This document shows, in pieces, positions 36,220-50,393 of a stretch of 64,000 nt of DNA (position 1 is its first letter; every line of letters begins with the position of its first letter). Origin of the DNA: Callorhinchus milii (taxonomy: Eukaryota). The notes under the pieces are model-generated. The model was not told where the DNA came from and did not search any database. It worked only from the letters and a program-made list of their open reading frames with translations. The stretch is taken from positions 48,548,001-48,612,000 of the forward strand of contig NW_024704742.1 in assembly GCF_018977255.1 (NCBI RefSeq). The letters are read 5' to 3'. The position numbers and the translations under genes were made by a program.

Positions 36220-39200
36220 ACTTAACTTTAGCCAGTTCTAGTAGACCAATGAATGACTGCAGTACTACTGACAAAAGAGGAAGGTTGGACACTTACAGAA
36301 TTAAAATATCTGGGGGAAGGGGGTGATGGTCACAGATCACAATGTGTGGATCAAAGTAAAAGTGCACATTGTTCCACTGACCCTCTGGGAACTTTTGAGC
36401 AATTTGGAGGAACATCCACAGCATCTTAAGAACAGACATGACTGAAAGGCTGAGATTGCTCGGATCAAAACGATCAGAGCAATCTCAGACAATGGGCACG
36501 TTTCATTCTGCAAACCAACCTAGGTCTGGAGCCCCGAGCATTGTCCCCTTTTCAATCGTGTATTTATCTCTATTTGAAGAGAGAAATATCCATCAATGGC
36601 CTCGGATTTTAATTCGTTCAGACCTTATATCTTCAAGATAGGATATTCATCAAGATGGCTAACAAAAATATTTCATGTCAAATTAGGACCATGAATAATG
36701 GAACAAGCTCAAGGATGAAAACTACCAACTATAATGTGAATGTTTATCACAATTACTACGAATTTTGCTTGTTGCTTTTTTGAGCTAACCGCTCTAGCCC
36801 TGCACCGAAACACTGTTTCACTTTAGTTTAGAAATGTAATAATATATAGAATCAAAAGAGATCAAAACAGCCATTGAAGCAAAAACGAACAAGGAGAATG
36901 CTAATACATGTGGCTTTCAATAACAACCCTTCCAGGTGGGTAAAGCACAAAGATCTATAGAAGTGGCAGATGTTCTAGCTGACAGCACTGCACTGATGTT
37001 GTCAAGCTGACTGCTTTATACATTGGGGAAAAAAGAACTGATGTGTGTTTCAACAGATTCTCGTATCTAACCATAATATCTCCCAATAACAATATTCAAT
37101 TTACTGGCCAGATATCTAACCGAGTATAATTGATTCCAGGGTCCAGCCTACAAAGCAATAATCTAAGAGAGGATCTAAAACAATCACAAAGCACCATAGC
37201 CGGAGAGATTTATGGCCATTGACTAAATCCCTCGGCTGGATTACTGCCTTTTAATCACTCCTCTATTTTTATAATATGCAGGGTTTTAAATTATCATGGG
37301 GGGTGGGGGGTAATTTCACCTTTTTTTTGTGCTGCTAGAAGAGATCAGAGGTAATCAGCTCTGGGTGGCTCATCTCTGATGCACAATTCACAATGGAGGG
37401 CTTGTGTCTACATTCCTAGTGCCACAACTAAATTCAATGAGAAATAAACAGTCGTTGATCCCTTTAAACTTCTATGGCACTGTCTATAACAATTCCAAAG
37501 CTATACAGCAGCTGGAGTTGTTCTGAGCTTGATATATTGACCACTCAAAGAATCAGGGGTTACTAAGTGCAGTCACCGTGCCTATGTATGTGTCCAGCTC
37601 TGCTCGCTGCAGGTAAACAGTTGATGGAATACTCAATTCTTTAACACCAGAAACGTAGATACATATAAATATGATATGGAGGGTTACCCAACTACACTAC
37701 TTTAAAACTGCACATTTCAGCTTCAGGAGGTCCTTTTAAAAGGAAGATAGGTAGATACAGTTTAAAGAGTTTTTTTGGAGAAATTATAGGACACTAGAAT
37801 AAAATTTAAGTAGAATATTACAAATGTGTACACCAACTGCTTCTCTCAGACATCAATATGGAAGTGATGTCAGGCTATGATGCCGGGAAATTTAGTTGCA
37901 TGCATATGCGCAGGGTATCGAGGGTCATATTTTTAATGGCCTGAGAGGGCAGCTTGAGGCAAGTACATATTAGAGAGAGAGACACACACACACAACAGAC
38001 AGTTAGAAAGGAAGAGATGCACACAGAAACATACAAACATACCAAGACCCATTATCCTCACTGATTTGGTCCCAATTAGTATGGATAGCAGACTCTCTGC
38101 TGATGTAACAAGCAGCAGAGCTGGAATAAATGGCTCACACAGTCTATTTCTCTTTCGAATGTTCAGTGTACTAACTACCTAGATGGACAGCACCTTGTTC
38201 CTGTGCACAAAGTGGCTGCTGTGTTGGGCCACAAAGGATACAGTCACTGCACTTCACAGTACGTCCTTGAGGCGCTTTGGTACAGGCCTTTCATGTCGGG
38301 ATGTCCCAAAAGTAAGGATTATTATAATAATAGGAAAGGCACAAGTTTTGTAACTGAGCCTTTTCGCAAATTTCGCCAACCAGCCAATGTGAAAACGTGT
38401 TATATTTTGTCACTGTCACTCAATGCCATCCATTTTCCTTCCCTTCTCAGGCACAAACATTTGACACTTTTCCCAAATGAATAATCTTTAACAAGTCACT
38501 AGTGATAAAGCGTGGCTGCCTTGTTTTCCCACTCCAAGAAAACCATTTTATGGAATTTCAATAAGAAAGTAATTATTTTCAAACTGATACAGCCCTTTCC
38601 CTTTCAAATCATACTCAGAGTTCATAAGGCTTATAACATGCACAGTGCAGCAAATCAGAGCGCTCAGAAAAAAATGCTGCATTATACACACAAACTTAGA
38701 AACAATATGAATTCTTTAAAAATATGCATTTATCAATTCCAGTAACTTGCAGGACAAATTATTGCAGAAACTCCCATTATAAAGGTGCCGACTGCTACTT
38801 TTAGTAACAAGTAGAATAGCACTCGCATATATATATTTTTAAAACTACAAATAAAGAAAATTCAAATCTTGGAAATATTTCAAATGTCTAACATTGGACA
38901 AATGTTTAAAGTTGCGAGAATTACACTAACATACAAGTACCGTGTAGACATGAATAGTATTGCATGTACAAAGAGACTACAGTAATTTGGTGATACACAC
39001 CAGCAAATTGTAGAGCAGGTGAGAGCTTTAATCTGTAAAACACATAACCTCAAACACCTCCAAACATTAAAATACTGAGTCTTTTCCTCATATACTTCAG
39101 GGTACGGTGACTGTGAGATTTCTCATCCCCCCGCCATGAGCGCACATTTCTTCAGTATTATATAAGTTGGATGACTTCAGAATACTTTGACTCACTATCA

Positions 39201-39259
39201 AATATTCAGCAGTTGTCGCAAAATGCAACATGCCACTGTTGGGTGCAAACCACATCACT

Positions 39260-39500
39260 GGAACAGTAGTAGGCTATTCAGGCTGTCAAACTTGTTCACC
39301 CATTTTTTAAGATCAAGGCAGATTTTTTAATCCCACTGCTCTGCCTTTTCTACACATCTCTTAAAACCCTTGATGTTTGTGTATCTATCTTGTTTCCATT
39401 AAACATCCCAATTGATTTTGCATTTGCAGCCTTGTGAGGTAGTGCATTTCAAATTCTCACATTTGTTTGCACAAAGAAATATTTTCTGATTTCACTTAAG
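39260..39500 (-). mobile_element. Decayed CR1 3' end
   Basis: gtaggctattcaggctgtcaaacttgttcacc..gtagtgcatttcaaattctcac..aagaaatattttctg. Confidence 0.55.
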
Positions 39501-39659
39501 CAATCACTTATTCATGTATAAGCCTAGACACACAGCAGCCACATACACACACAGACACGTTATACTGTATGTAGCTGTTTTGTCTTTGTAGAAATCTTAT
39601 CACTGGCATGGAGGTACTTTCTCTGTAGTCTTATAGCCCAGCAAAATGGCGATCAAATT

Positions 39660-39870
39660 TTTGAACTCGCTTAGTCTAGGCTGATACTCCAATACAATGC
39701 TGGAGTGTGCTGTATTGTTGGACATATTATCCTTCAGTTTTACCATAGTCGCATCTGCTGCTAAGGTTAAAGATCTCATGGCACTATTTGAAAAGAGATA
39801 AGAGTTTCTCCTGATGTCTTGGCCAACAATTCCCAGATAAAAATGGTCAAATGCAAGGATTATTATATCA
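39660..39870 (+). mobile_element. Deu-domain SINE (internally deleted)
   Basis: ggttaaagatctcatggcactatttgaaaagag..tttctcctgatgtcttggccaac, then tail. Confidence 0.7.
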
Positions 39871-41639
39871 ATGTTCCCTCATACCATATTGCCATTACAG
39901 GAACAGCATTCATATTGCTTCATATATATATTATATATATATTCTGCAACTGATCACATCTCATCTTCTGTGCATGACATGTAATTTGTCCCAAAACAGT
40001 TCTTTCATCCTGTTGTGTAGAGTTATGCAACATAAAACCTCAGTTTGTAATAAATAGAAACAAGGTCTTAACAGGGCAAAATGACAGCCATCAAGAAAAG
40101 CCGATTGGAAATATTCCTTTTCCAATCTGCTGCTCTCTGCTCCTTAAACACGAGCGCGCATTCTATCATAATATACACACAGCGCACTGGACCACAGACT
40201 TCAAATTGAAACCACAAAAAGGTCAAGCCACAGAACAGCTGTAATTTGGTCACAAATCGTAGCATCTCAGTTTAGAGCACTCGATACAGAATAAAACAAC
40301 TACTGCGTTTTGGTTGCTAAAACCTTGCAGATATTGACAGTTGAACTAAATGTGCACAAGGGGCAGAGGTTTAAAATATGAAAAATATAAACATAGGGTA
40401 GGTAAATAATAAATAATACCTGGGGCGAAGGGGGGGGTGGTGGGGGTATGGGGGGGTGGGGTGGGGGTGGGGTGGGGTGGAGGGAATCACCAAGAGAAAA
40501 TGTTGGAAATGTTCAACATAACACTTCACAAAGCGAGGATGTGATCAAATGCAGCAGGGCAATGAAAAATGACAGTCTGGATGAAGGAAACGGGTCAGTA
40601 TTTCACATTTTAAGAGGCGTTGCTAAAAGCCTGGCAGTGAACTGGGAGCTCAGTCCTGCACTTCCATGGTTACAAGCTTAGCACCAATGGGCTCAGGTGA
40701 AAATAACGATCTTCAGCAGTTCTCAGGTTTTCTATTCCGTTCAGTGCCTCACCCTTGGGGGAATCGTGTTGCTGATCATAGGATGCTTTCTTAGTCAGTC
40801 TCATTTGTACTTGCCTGAGGAGCTAATGTGTATAATACATTATATAAAGAAATACAGAACCTCTCTCTCTCACACACTATTCTCCTGGCTAATGACACTG
40901 CTGGAGATTAAAGAAACTAGACATGCAACTAAATATGGAGAAAATAAAATATGAAGAGTTCCATATGGCGTAAGTAAATGCCAGTGTTTCTATAGGTCGA
41001 GAAACAAAGAGCTATGATATCCACTGACTTCCTTTTTACAACAGCACTGAACAGGTCCAAACATCAAACACTGCATCTACAGAGCAACCCAACATTGGCA
41101 AGAGCGCTTGAAAATACTTTGATAGACTTCCCATTTGTATGCTGCCTTTCTTGTTAGGAGGATGTCCCAAGGCGTTGGACAGTCAGGAATCCGCACCCGA
41201 GATGGTGATTGGAATCAGGAGGGTTGGAGGGCGGGGAGGGGAGGGGTGGGAGGCTGACCGAAGGCATGGTCGAAGAGGAGGCAGCAAATTGAGCATCAGC
41301 AATAAAGAGTCTGCGCAAACGAAAAGTACAAAAGCTCCTAATTCTTTGCCCAGTGACACAGGAAGGTACAACTGCAACTTTATCTTATCAATCAATCCAA
41401 AATGTATTGTTGTGAAATCAGAGAGGTGAGGCTTCACACCTTGCTTCCCCTGTCAATGGAACTCTTTCTCCCACAGTGTAGACATCTGACACTCTGAAAT
41501 TCTGCTCAGAAGTGACAAGAGAGCTGACCACCTCCTGATGAACTATGCTTCTACCCAAAGGAAAGCTCTGAGCTTGCTTCTGACAGACCAATACCCATTC
41601 TTCAGCCTTTTCACATGCTCAGACACTTGGACTACACCT

Positions 41640-42620
41640 AGTGGGCAAAGGCAACATCTGAAGTAGCATTAAACCATGCTGACCAGAAGGTCAGTGATTC
41701 AATCGTCAATGCGTGCTGACATAGCTGATCTCAAACAGGCAGTAGTTGGGACACCACTATCAGCTTAAGTGCCCTGGCTTAGAGAGGAGAGCAAACATCA
41801 GTCAGACCTCCAGATCTCTATCCAGTGACTCGGGTGGAAAGTGCAAATGTTGTGTGAGGAAATTTAGCAGTGGATCTAATATGGAGTTCAGGAAGAACTT
41901 CTTCATGCAGAGGGGGCTGAGAATGTGGAACCCACTGTTGGAAACTGTCTTTGAAGTAAATAGCATCCATGTATTTAGGAGTAAATTTGAATCATAAATG
42001 AGAGAGAAAGGAATAGAGGGTTATAGATAAGAGGAATAGGAAGGATGCGTTGCCCTCTCCACAGACAAAAAACAGCCAACGCTCACTGTCTAGGCTCATT
42101 AAATGCCCTGGCCATTTGATAATTGAGAAAGCGTTATTCATGTCGGGAGGACATCTCAAAGCATTTCACAGATTTACTGTGAAGTGAAGCAACTGCATTT
42201 GTAGGTGAACATGACGCCCTATTGTGCACAGCAATGACTCACAAACAGCAATGAAATGAATGACCAATTTTATTTGAGGGATTGTTGGCCAGGACACTGG
42301 GAGAAACTCCCTTCTTTTTTCGAATAGTGCCATGGGATCTTTAGCATCCACCTAAACAGGCAGTCGGGTCCTCAGTTTTGACGTCTCATCTGAAGGACAG
42401 CACCTCTGACAATGCAATACACCCTCAGCACCACATTGGTGTGTCATCTTAGACTATGTGAGTTCAAGTGCCGGTATGGGGATTCTGACTTGAAGGGGAG
42501 AGCGCTGCAACTTTGCCAGGCTGACATACATCTGTATAAGATACCAGAAGGAAACCAATGCCCTTGAAATCGTAATCCAGAAAGAGTCAGCACCTTCACA
42601 AGAGATAGGGAAAAGAGGGG
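41640..42620 (+). mobile_element. AmnSINE2-like ancient SINE split by CR1 (about 41880-42040, +) and Deu-SINE (about 42125-42525, -) insertions
   Basis: Three colinear pieces: gctgacatagctgatctc..gccctggcttagagagg..tatccagtgactc | cagccaacgctcactgtctaggctca | gagtcagcaccttca. Confidence 0.55.
42125..42525 (-). mobile_element. Near full-length Deu-domain SINE
   Basis: Well-preserved Deu core (gttggccaggacactgggagaaactcc..cgaatagtgccatgggatcttta..gacgtctcatctgaaggacagcacc). Confidence 0.85.
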
Positions 42621-43729
42621 AGAAGATCGGGAAGAAAACTCAAGTTCACTCATCGACTCGAGAAAACAGTAGACAAGTCAACCCAATGCAGTACTTGAAG
42701 GAAACTCAATCACTTCATAAACAACAACAAACAACACATTGCATTTATATAATGCATTTCACGCCAGAAGGAAGTCCCAAGGCATTGGTTAGTGAAAGGT
42801 TTGCACCCAAGCTGCGGTCTGGAGTCATCGACCAAAGATTTTACAAGGTGTCTTCTGTCAGAGCTGTCCAGGAAATAGACAAGATACAAATTGTACGCGA
42901 AGGGTTTTACTGACAAATATGATCAGTCAAAGCACAGCTCATTGTACTAAAGATGTAGTAGTCAGCATTACACAGGATTCAATATTACACAGCAACATTA
43001 CTAAGACTCCTGCAAAAGCTGTAACGTTCCACTGTTGTCATTGGGCTTACCAATATGGTCCTGCGAGTGAGGGGGAAGGATTTAAAAACACACACAAACT
43101 TAATGTTCTGCCACTATACTTTTGCGATATTCTTATTCATCACTTGAAAGTGTTCCAAGCAACATATTTCACCCCTGAGTTATGCAGCTCCAAATATTCT
43201 TCAAGACACAATCTTGAAGGACAAACTGTAGAATTGGTCTGCTGGGTGCTTTTCAGTTTACGTGGATGCCTGGGAAACATGTCCATATCACCACTACGCT
43301 TTACTGAAATCCTGCTAGAAAATAGCCTGCGGTGTAGCTGCTCAGAGATTTCAGTCGTTCCCCCATTACACTACACAGACTTCCCAGAGACAACACTGCG
43401 CTAGGCTCCACTTTTGTTATTCTTTAGCATTCTTAGAATAGTCAGTTCTAAATAGACTCTTTTTTTTAGAAAACTAACTATTCATTCACTTATGCCCTAT
43501 TTATACTGCACTTTGATTGATACGAAAATAAAGATAAAATGATGCCAGAAACACAAAATTAATCACACGAAATCTCACTTGAGGAGGGGGCTTTGTCAAA
43601 GAGCCAAGTTTCATCAGTGCAAGATAAATACAGACAAATTTCAGAATGGATTTGGTCTCTGCTCAAAAATAAGCCCTTAAAAGTTTGTAGTCATTCCAAT
43701 GGATTGCACTTCAGCTTTTTAAGTTTTTT

Positions 43730-43870
43730 TTTTCAAGTTTAACCACTTGCAAAGAGAAATATTAAAGCACATGGGGAGAGCTGGAGAGTAGATAAGACTG
43801 AGTGGCTCATGTGGCGAAAACACAAGCACAAGCTTGATGGGCTGGATAGCATGTTTCTTTCCTGCTTTTG
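43730..43870 (+). mobile_element. CR1 3' end
   Basis: catggggagagctggagagtagata..gcacaagcttgatgggctggatagc. Confidence 0.55.
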
Positions 43871-44554
43871 TGAGTGCTATCAGATTTATATAAGTGACTG
43901 CCTTCAGTGCCGGTTAGCGGAATTCTGCTCATATGCATCTAGATGGATGAGGAGAGCTCTCTCAGCCCGCAAATCGAATGGTTTTGCCAGAAATATAAAT
44001 TATTTTTCTTGCTCTGAATCCATACACGTTCTCTAAAATAATAGTGTATTTCTGTCACCTATGGCAACCAGCAAATGAAGAAAAAAAACAAGTCACCATT
44101 GATCAAATAACCTGTAAGACAATGAGTCACTATTACACATTTAGAATAGCTGTGTGAAGCACTTTGAGATATTCTCTGGATGCGAAAGTGCTATATAAAT
44201 ATAAATTATTCTAGACATAATAGAGATGAGATGTATTACTGATTTGTAGGGTGAAATTACTGATACTCTCTGACATTCCCAGTGACAAAGCTTTGGAAAA
44301 TTGGCATCAGCAGTTAACAAGGAACCCTGTAAACAAGATGACCTGTGGGACTCAATTTATTCAATGGAAACAGATCTCTCTGCACTCTGTGGTGAATGAG
44401 CTGCAGGAATTTACCTTTGCACTTAGCCTCTCCTAGATCCTTTCTACACACCCTCCATTTTATAAGTTACTTTCTTCGCTGAGTAATACTTAATGGGGTA
44501 AAATTCCATGGCTTCTGAGAGGGCTGACAATGGGTTGCCTGTGTACCCAAGTTA

Positions 44555-44845
44555 CTAATCATCCTTGCATTTGATATACTGCCTTATCACATCGTTGAGA
44601 TGGCTCAAAGCACTTCACAGGATATATTGCAAAGTGGAATGACTGTATTTTGTGGGAGAAACGTGGCAGCCAGTTGCACTGCCCCACAAACAGCCATGGA
44701 GTGAGTGACCAATTTATTTTGGGGAATTATTGGCCAGGACACTGGGAGAAACTCCCTTCTCTTTTCGAATAGTGCCATGGGATCTTTAAGATCCACCTGA
44801 ACAGGGAGATGGGACTGCAGATTAATGTCTGATCCAAAGGACGGG
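44555..44845 (-). mobile_element. Deu-domain SINE, truncated at a MITE
   Basis: Tail ccttgcatttgatat plus Deu core; stops at aaaggacgg where the MITE begins. Confidence 0.8.
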
Positions 44846-44849
44846 TTAA

Positions 44850-45099
44850 GGAACAATTGAAGAGAAATTCCACAAGTATTTAGATTCATTCCTATTTTCT
44901 TAGCACTTTCAAACTGTCTAGAAATTGGCAAATTCTTAAATACAGATTTTAATTTTGAAGCCGGTTTCTGTCATTTTTTTAAGAACTGCACAAAAACGGC
45001 CTAAAAAATGAATATTGAATCCAACAATTTGCCAAATTCTGGATGCTGTTTAATACTAAGAAAATAGATAAGTCACAGGAATTTCTCACCAATTGTTTC
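44850..45099. mobile_element. Fold-back MITE flanked by TTAA (Kolobok-like, tentative)
   Basis: TTAA-ggaacaattgaagagaaattcc ... ggaatttctcaccaattgtttc-TTAA; arms pair imperfectly for roughly 110 bp. Confidence 0.65.
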
Positions 45100-46165
45100 T
45101 TAACCAGAATCAACAGGCAACCCATTCGCCATCCTCTCGGAAGTCGTTAATATATAAACAAGACTGACTGACCCTGTTTTTGTCTTTGCTTACACTTGAT
45201 AGGGGAAGACACCATAAAAGTGGTCAATGCAGAAAATCCAACTCATGGTACAACACACCAACACCTCAATGTATTGTTATCACTCACTTATCATTTACAC
45301 TATCCATACTTCACTCAATTACAGCCTTGGAATACTCTACAACTCAAAATATATGCTGTATGTTCATGCTTATATCCTAACCTTTTTGATCATGTCTATG
45401 GTCACCTCTCCCATTCCCCGTCCCTCTTTTCCCTTTCCCTTGCTTGGTTTTGTAAAGCATTCCAAAATGTTACCTTACCTGATGGGCACCATATAAATAC
45501 AACTTGTTATTGCTGCTATTGTCGTAAAATGTTGTTAATTTTTTCATAATATTTGATGCATACATCAAATTGTTTTGCTCATCTCTTTATATCAATGATT
45601 CCACATGAAATTATCCTTGGCCCAGTGTTAAGTTCTATCACAAAAATGCATGATATTAAAAGGGGCTTTCATACATTTAAAATGGTGATTTAAATATCCT
45701 TTGGTACACTATATGCATCTCCATTAAAGAATTTGTGTCCAAATTATGAGATGAAATAGTTAATCAGGACCATGGCAATAATCTTGCTATTGAAGTGGAA
45801 CTCTAAAAATGACTTTGCAACTTTTAAAGTTTGAGACCTTTATAACAATCATCTTTGCATTTGATGTATGGCCTGGAGCATTCAAACATTTTAAAGCGCT
45901 TCACATGGAATATTCATGGCTGGTAAAATTGCTACCTGAAAACAATTCTTTCAGGAAAATCAAATAATCTCGACAGAAACGCCTCTATAATCAAACCATC
46001 ATTTTGAGTTGTTCAATATTTAAAAGGTCCTTTGATAGTATCCTGCTCTCATTTTATCATGAAAATATTATGTGAGGAAACACAAATTCTAACACTAGAT
46101 GTTGGTTCCAGCACAAAACAGGTCAAATTCAACACAAACAGGGAGAACTTTCATTGGGTCTAGGT

Positions 46166-46290
46166 CAGTGTTGTCCAATAGAAACCGCTGACTAGCCACA
46201 GGTGTGGCTACCAAGACACTATTTTAGCCATGTGCAACTAATTTGAATGGAAAACGCACACAACACTAGTAAATGTACTTGACATATATG
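46166..46290 (+). mobile_element. hAT-Charlie-type transposon terminus
   Basis: cagtgttgtccaatagaa..tagccacaggtgtggcta resembles Charlie1/MER3-type ends; preceded by gtctaggt, which fits the NTCTAGAN target preference. Confidence 0.5.
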
Positions 46291-46299
46291 TTGAATGCC

Positions 46300-46470
46300 C
46301 TGCCCCCTCGCTTCCCTTTTTCCAAGTCCCGCCTGAAAACCTTCCTTTTCAACCCGTGCTTATGGTCACGTTCCCCCACACCAGCTCGGAGTCAGGCTCC
46401 ACAACTGTTAAGCGCTCTGAGATGCTACCCTGTGTGAAGGATGCTATATAAGTGGAAGTTGCTGTTGTGT
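46300..46470 (+). mobile_element. L2 3' end
   Basis: cgcttccctttttccaagtcccgcctgaaaacc..gtgaaggatgctatataagtggaagttgctgttg. Confidence 0.65.
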
Positions 46471-46799
46471 TCTCATTTTTTCTTTCAAGAGATGTGACAG
46501 ACCCCTCCACACCTGCTCTCCATCTAGCACATGGTTGGACGATGCTTACCCTTTGCCATGTTGGAGCTGATTGCTATTGGCTGAATTACTTTCTTCTACT
46601 GGCCTGGAGGAGTTGTTTGGATCGGTTGAGCTGACCACAATTGACAGCTCCCCTCGCCATACAATACTGTTTTTTCCACGGTGCTGAAATCCAGTGTTTT
46701 CACCTGTTTTACACACCATTTTAGCAGATAGCCAATAAGCAGTAACCAAGGAAATAAAGCACACACCATATATATATATGCAAACTCATATATAATGCC

Positions 46800-46945
46800 T
46801 TCATTTTGAAGTCGATTTTCTGTAAATTATTTCAAGAAATGCAGAAAAACAACTTGAAAGTTAAGATTGAATTCAAAAAATTGACAAATTATGGACACTG
46901 AAATGTTATATAAATAGACCCAGGTGAAATTTCTTCCAATATGTT
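46800..46945. mobile_element. Fold-back MITE family fragment (centre and right arm)
   Basis: ttttgaagtcgattttctg..cagaaaaacaacttgaaagttaagattgaattc..tagacccaggtgaaatttc. Confidence 0.55.
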
Positions 46946-48834
46946 TTCAGTCAGGCAAATGGCTGGTGCAGTAGAATGTGCTTCTCTGAGTAAGTTGGGG
47001 TTGAAAGCAATTTTTAGAGCAGTAAAATCTATCTCTGGTTATGTGAGCCCTAATGCTAGAATGCTGATCAACATGTACAACCGCATGTTATATAACATGC
47101 CATATGCAGCCACTTCTCAAACATGAACCTTCATTTGTCAAATTTACTGGATGCCGAGATATAAAATACCGATTGTCTTAGCAACACCTAATTTCACTCA
47201 GAATTATTGCCCAACTTCTTGTTCTCCCCATCTCTGGGATAGAACCCAAGATTCATATTCTTTAATTAACCGGACATACAGTAGAGTGGACTGCATCAAG
47301 GGTGCACAGTCAACCCCAGAGGTTTCTCCATTCATTTTCACATGCCTTCTAAAGTTGATCTGCTCCAGAAGAGTGAAATTCAGTTTCCTGCACAAGCCAA
47401 AGTACCAGCACCAAACATCAGTCAGTCTTCGATGCTCTACTTCAGACTGGAGGGCAGGATTGTCTGGCTCACACATTTCTCCAGTATCAACGCAACTCTA
47501 TGGGCAACAGGAAGTGGGCTCCTGCTATCTTTACTCCCATTTGAAACCCAGGAGTAAAACTTCAACGCTAAAGAAAATAATTCAAAAGACTGCAGTTGGA
47601 AAACGCAGCTCGTCCTCTGAATAACCTAATTTTTTGGAAAGCTCTGAACACATGGTCATACATGTAACGGAAAACACTATTTACCAGGGAAATGAAAAAC
47701 AATGCTGGGCATTTGGTAAACAAAAAACTCAACCCAAAAGCAAATATTCCTTTAATTAAATTGCTGTTTCAAGGCAGATGACTGGCTTTCCTTTACCAGA
47801 TGTTCAAACACTGAAGGTTTCCAACTAATTACATTTCACAGCTATAAATACTATACACCTCTGTGTACTTGCAAGAACAGCAACAACTCCTGTCTGAAAC
47901 TCTGTGTATGGAAAGCATGCAAAGACAAATTCTTAATGCACTTTCTGGCCTTCCTAACACCACTGCCAAAGGCAACATATATGGGAGGTCATCCTTACAT
48001 AATGAAGAACAGACCTTTATCAATGGCATCCTCAGACTTCTTTTCTACATCTGAATCCACTGCCAAATCATTACTGTGTAAAGTAACTCTTCTTTTATGA
48101 CTCTAGGATAATACTTACATTGCACCACAGCTGAAGAATGGGTATTGGAGTATTTAGCAAAGCGAGACCATGACCAAAGAGCAACATTGGAATCTGGATC
48201 ACATATCAAGAATTCAAAGGTAAAACTATGGAATTTATCAAATCCCAAAGAGTATGTGTGCGTGCGTGTGTTGGAAGAGGATTAAAATATGAAAGTGCTG
48301 TGTGCCAGCAGAGCCCACAGAATAATGTTTATAGTCAGTTGCAGTGATTTGCCTGAGTTTGGCAGTCTGCACAACAGACTCTGTGAAAATGAGCCAAAAT
48401 AAATACATTTCTTTCAAATTAGTAAATCTGGTTTGAATAAACTAAGACTCAGCACATGGGCCAACAAATGTCTCTCTTTCAATGAGAACTATGTTGAGAA
48501 CAAAGCCTATTGGAATTTTAAATTGAAAGTTATGTGTTCTCCTCAAGCTGAAATATGAATCTCGAGCAGAAAATGCGTTCAAATACTCAGCTCTCAGGTT
48601 AGCGGAATCTAGGATCCTGTGTCGACAAAGCTGTTTGTATTCTCTGAACATAGTGCATGCCTGCTCTTATAACTAAATGAACTTGAAGAAATAAACTTTG
48701 TACTTGAATAATACGTTATGGTATTTTCACAACCTCAGGTATCAAAATATCAGGCCCTAAGCAAAATGCTCAGAGAAGCTAGTCAATACTTCATCAAAGT
48801 TAGCCCTGTCTTCACTCAATCCTTTTATATACCA

Positions 48835-49000
48835 TTTGTCATTCAATTCAGGACTGTTTGTTAGACTTGCTGTGCACAAATTGGCTGCCATGGCATCTAC
48901 AAATACACAGTCCCAACACTTCACAGTAAATCATGGGAAGTCCTTTGAGTCACCCTGATGACACGATATGGTGCTATATCAAATGCAAGAATTATTATCT
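48835..49000 (+). mobile_element. SINE 3' half
   Basis: ggactgtttg..gtgcacaaattggctgcc..atatcaaatgcaagaattatt. Confidence 0.7.
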
Positions 49001-50000
49001 ACTGAAACAGTGATTTTAGACATTTAACTTACAACTGTAAAAAAAAGGAAAAAGCATCTCGCTTGCACAAATGCAGTAGTTTACTAACTGACTCTCCACC
49101 TGAAGATCATGAAGAGTTTCCATTCAAGAAAGGGCAATACTAAGACCTCTAACTGGTTGACCAAACCTCCTAGAAGATTACTAAACAACATCCACAGAGG
49201 GTTTCAGCACATGCATCGTCTTATATCTACCAAATGCAGGAGTATGTTATGCCAAGAATCCACAAGCCAAGATAATAGAAGAACAATTAGAATGTCTCTC
49301 CAATCTCCTCGAGCAATACCTAAAGGTTAGTTCCCCCCTATCCCCCCACCCCTCCCCATCATTATGTACTAAAGTCAGTGAATCATGCATTTTCACTTGT
49401 TTGGAGCATTTAACAATATGTTAGCTAGTATTGCCAACTTTTCTTTTTAATTTGGCTTTCAAGGTCTACATTAACATTTTGCCCAGAGATAATCTATTTT
49501 TCCTATTTTAGATTTTTGTGTCTGTTCTACACATGCTCTCGTTCATATGACTACAGTTTGCTAAATGTTAAGCACTCTGAGACTCTACCCTGCATAGAGG
49601 GCACTATGTAAATGCAAGTTGTTGTTGTTAAATGACCCCAAAACATAACTGGTGGGCTTATGATGTGGCTAAGACACAGTCGATGTTTAATACACATTTA
49701 CGTGGTACATTAAAACTTTGAAAACAGAGCGCAAAACATCACTTCTTTATACAACCAATTTTCATACAGCTACATATCATCAATCTCATTTGAGTCTTGC
49801 AAAACTAGTCATGAAGTAATTCACACCAAAACAACACATGATGCAACAGAAGATGTTGAAATGCTGTTAACAACTGTTTGCACGAAATCCATTGATAGGA
49901 TTCTAAGATACTGATATGGAATTTGTTTGCTAAACTAAGGCATAAAAAGCAGAATTTTGGGGAACAGAAAGCGCCAACCTTCCTTCTCACATCTATGTTG

Positions 50001-50393
50001 CTATAGTAAGAAATTCCATCTGTCTAGATTTGCTCTATTTATGTAGCATTTTAGAGTGTCCTGACTTTGGTAAATTATTGAATTTCTTATTAACTGTTTG
50101 TGGGACACTGCTGTGCATAATTGGCTGCTGTATTTCATCCACAAAATATACAGTCAATTCACTTTACAGTATATTCTGCGAGGGGCTTTGAGACGTCTCG
50201 AAGACGTGATAAGGTGCTATATCAAATGCAAGGATTATTATTCATTATAAGTAAGTATTCTGCATTTCTTAAAAGAATTTACAGAAAAACAGATTCAAAA
50301 TTAAGACGGCATTTAAGAGCTTGCCAAATTCTAGACGCTCTAAAATGTTACATTCACAGAATAAATCTAGACCTAGGTTGAATTTCTCCTATG
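50001..50393. mobile_element. Fold-back MITE with a nested SINE tail (about 50093-50250)
   Basis: Left arm aagaaattccatctgtctagattt..gcattttagagtgtc pairs with right arm gacgctctaaaatgttac..aaatctagacctaggttgaatttctc. Confidence 0.7.

Noticed and set aside
42919..43404. 161-aa ORF, and the 157-aa ORF at 47151-47624
   Set aside because: No recognisable domain or splice context; lengths are compatible with chance in 64 kb.
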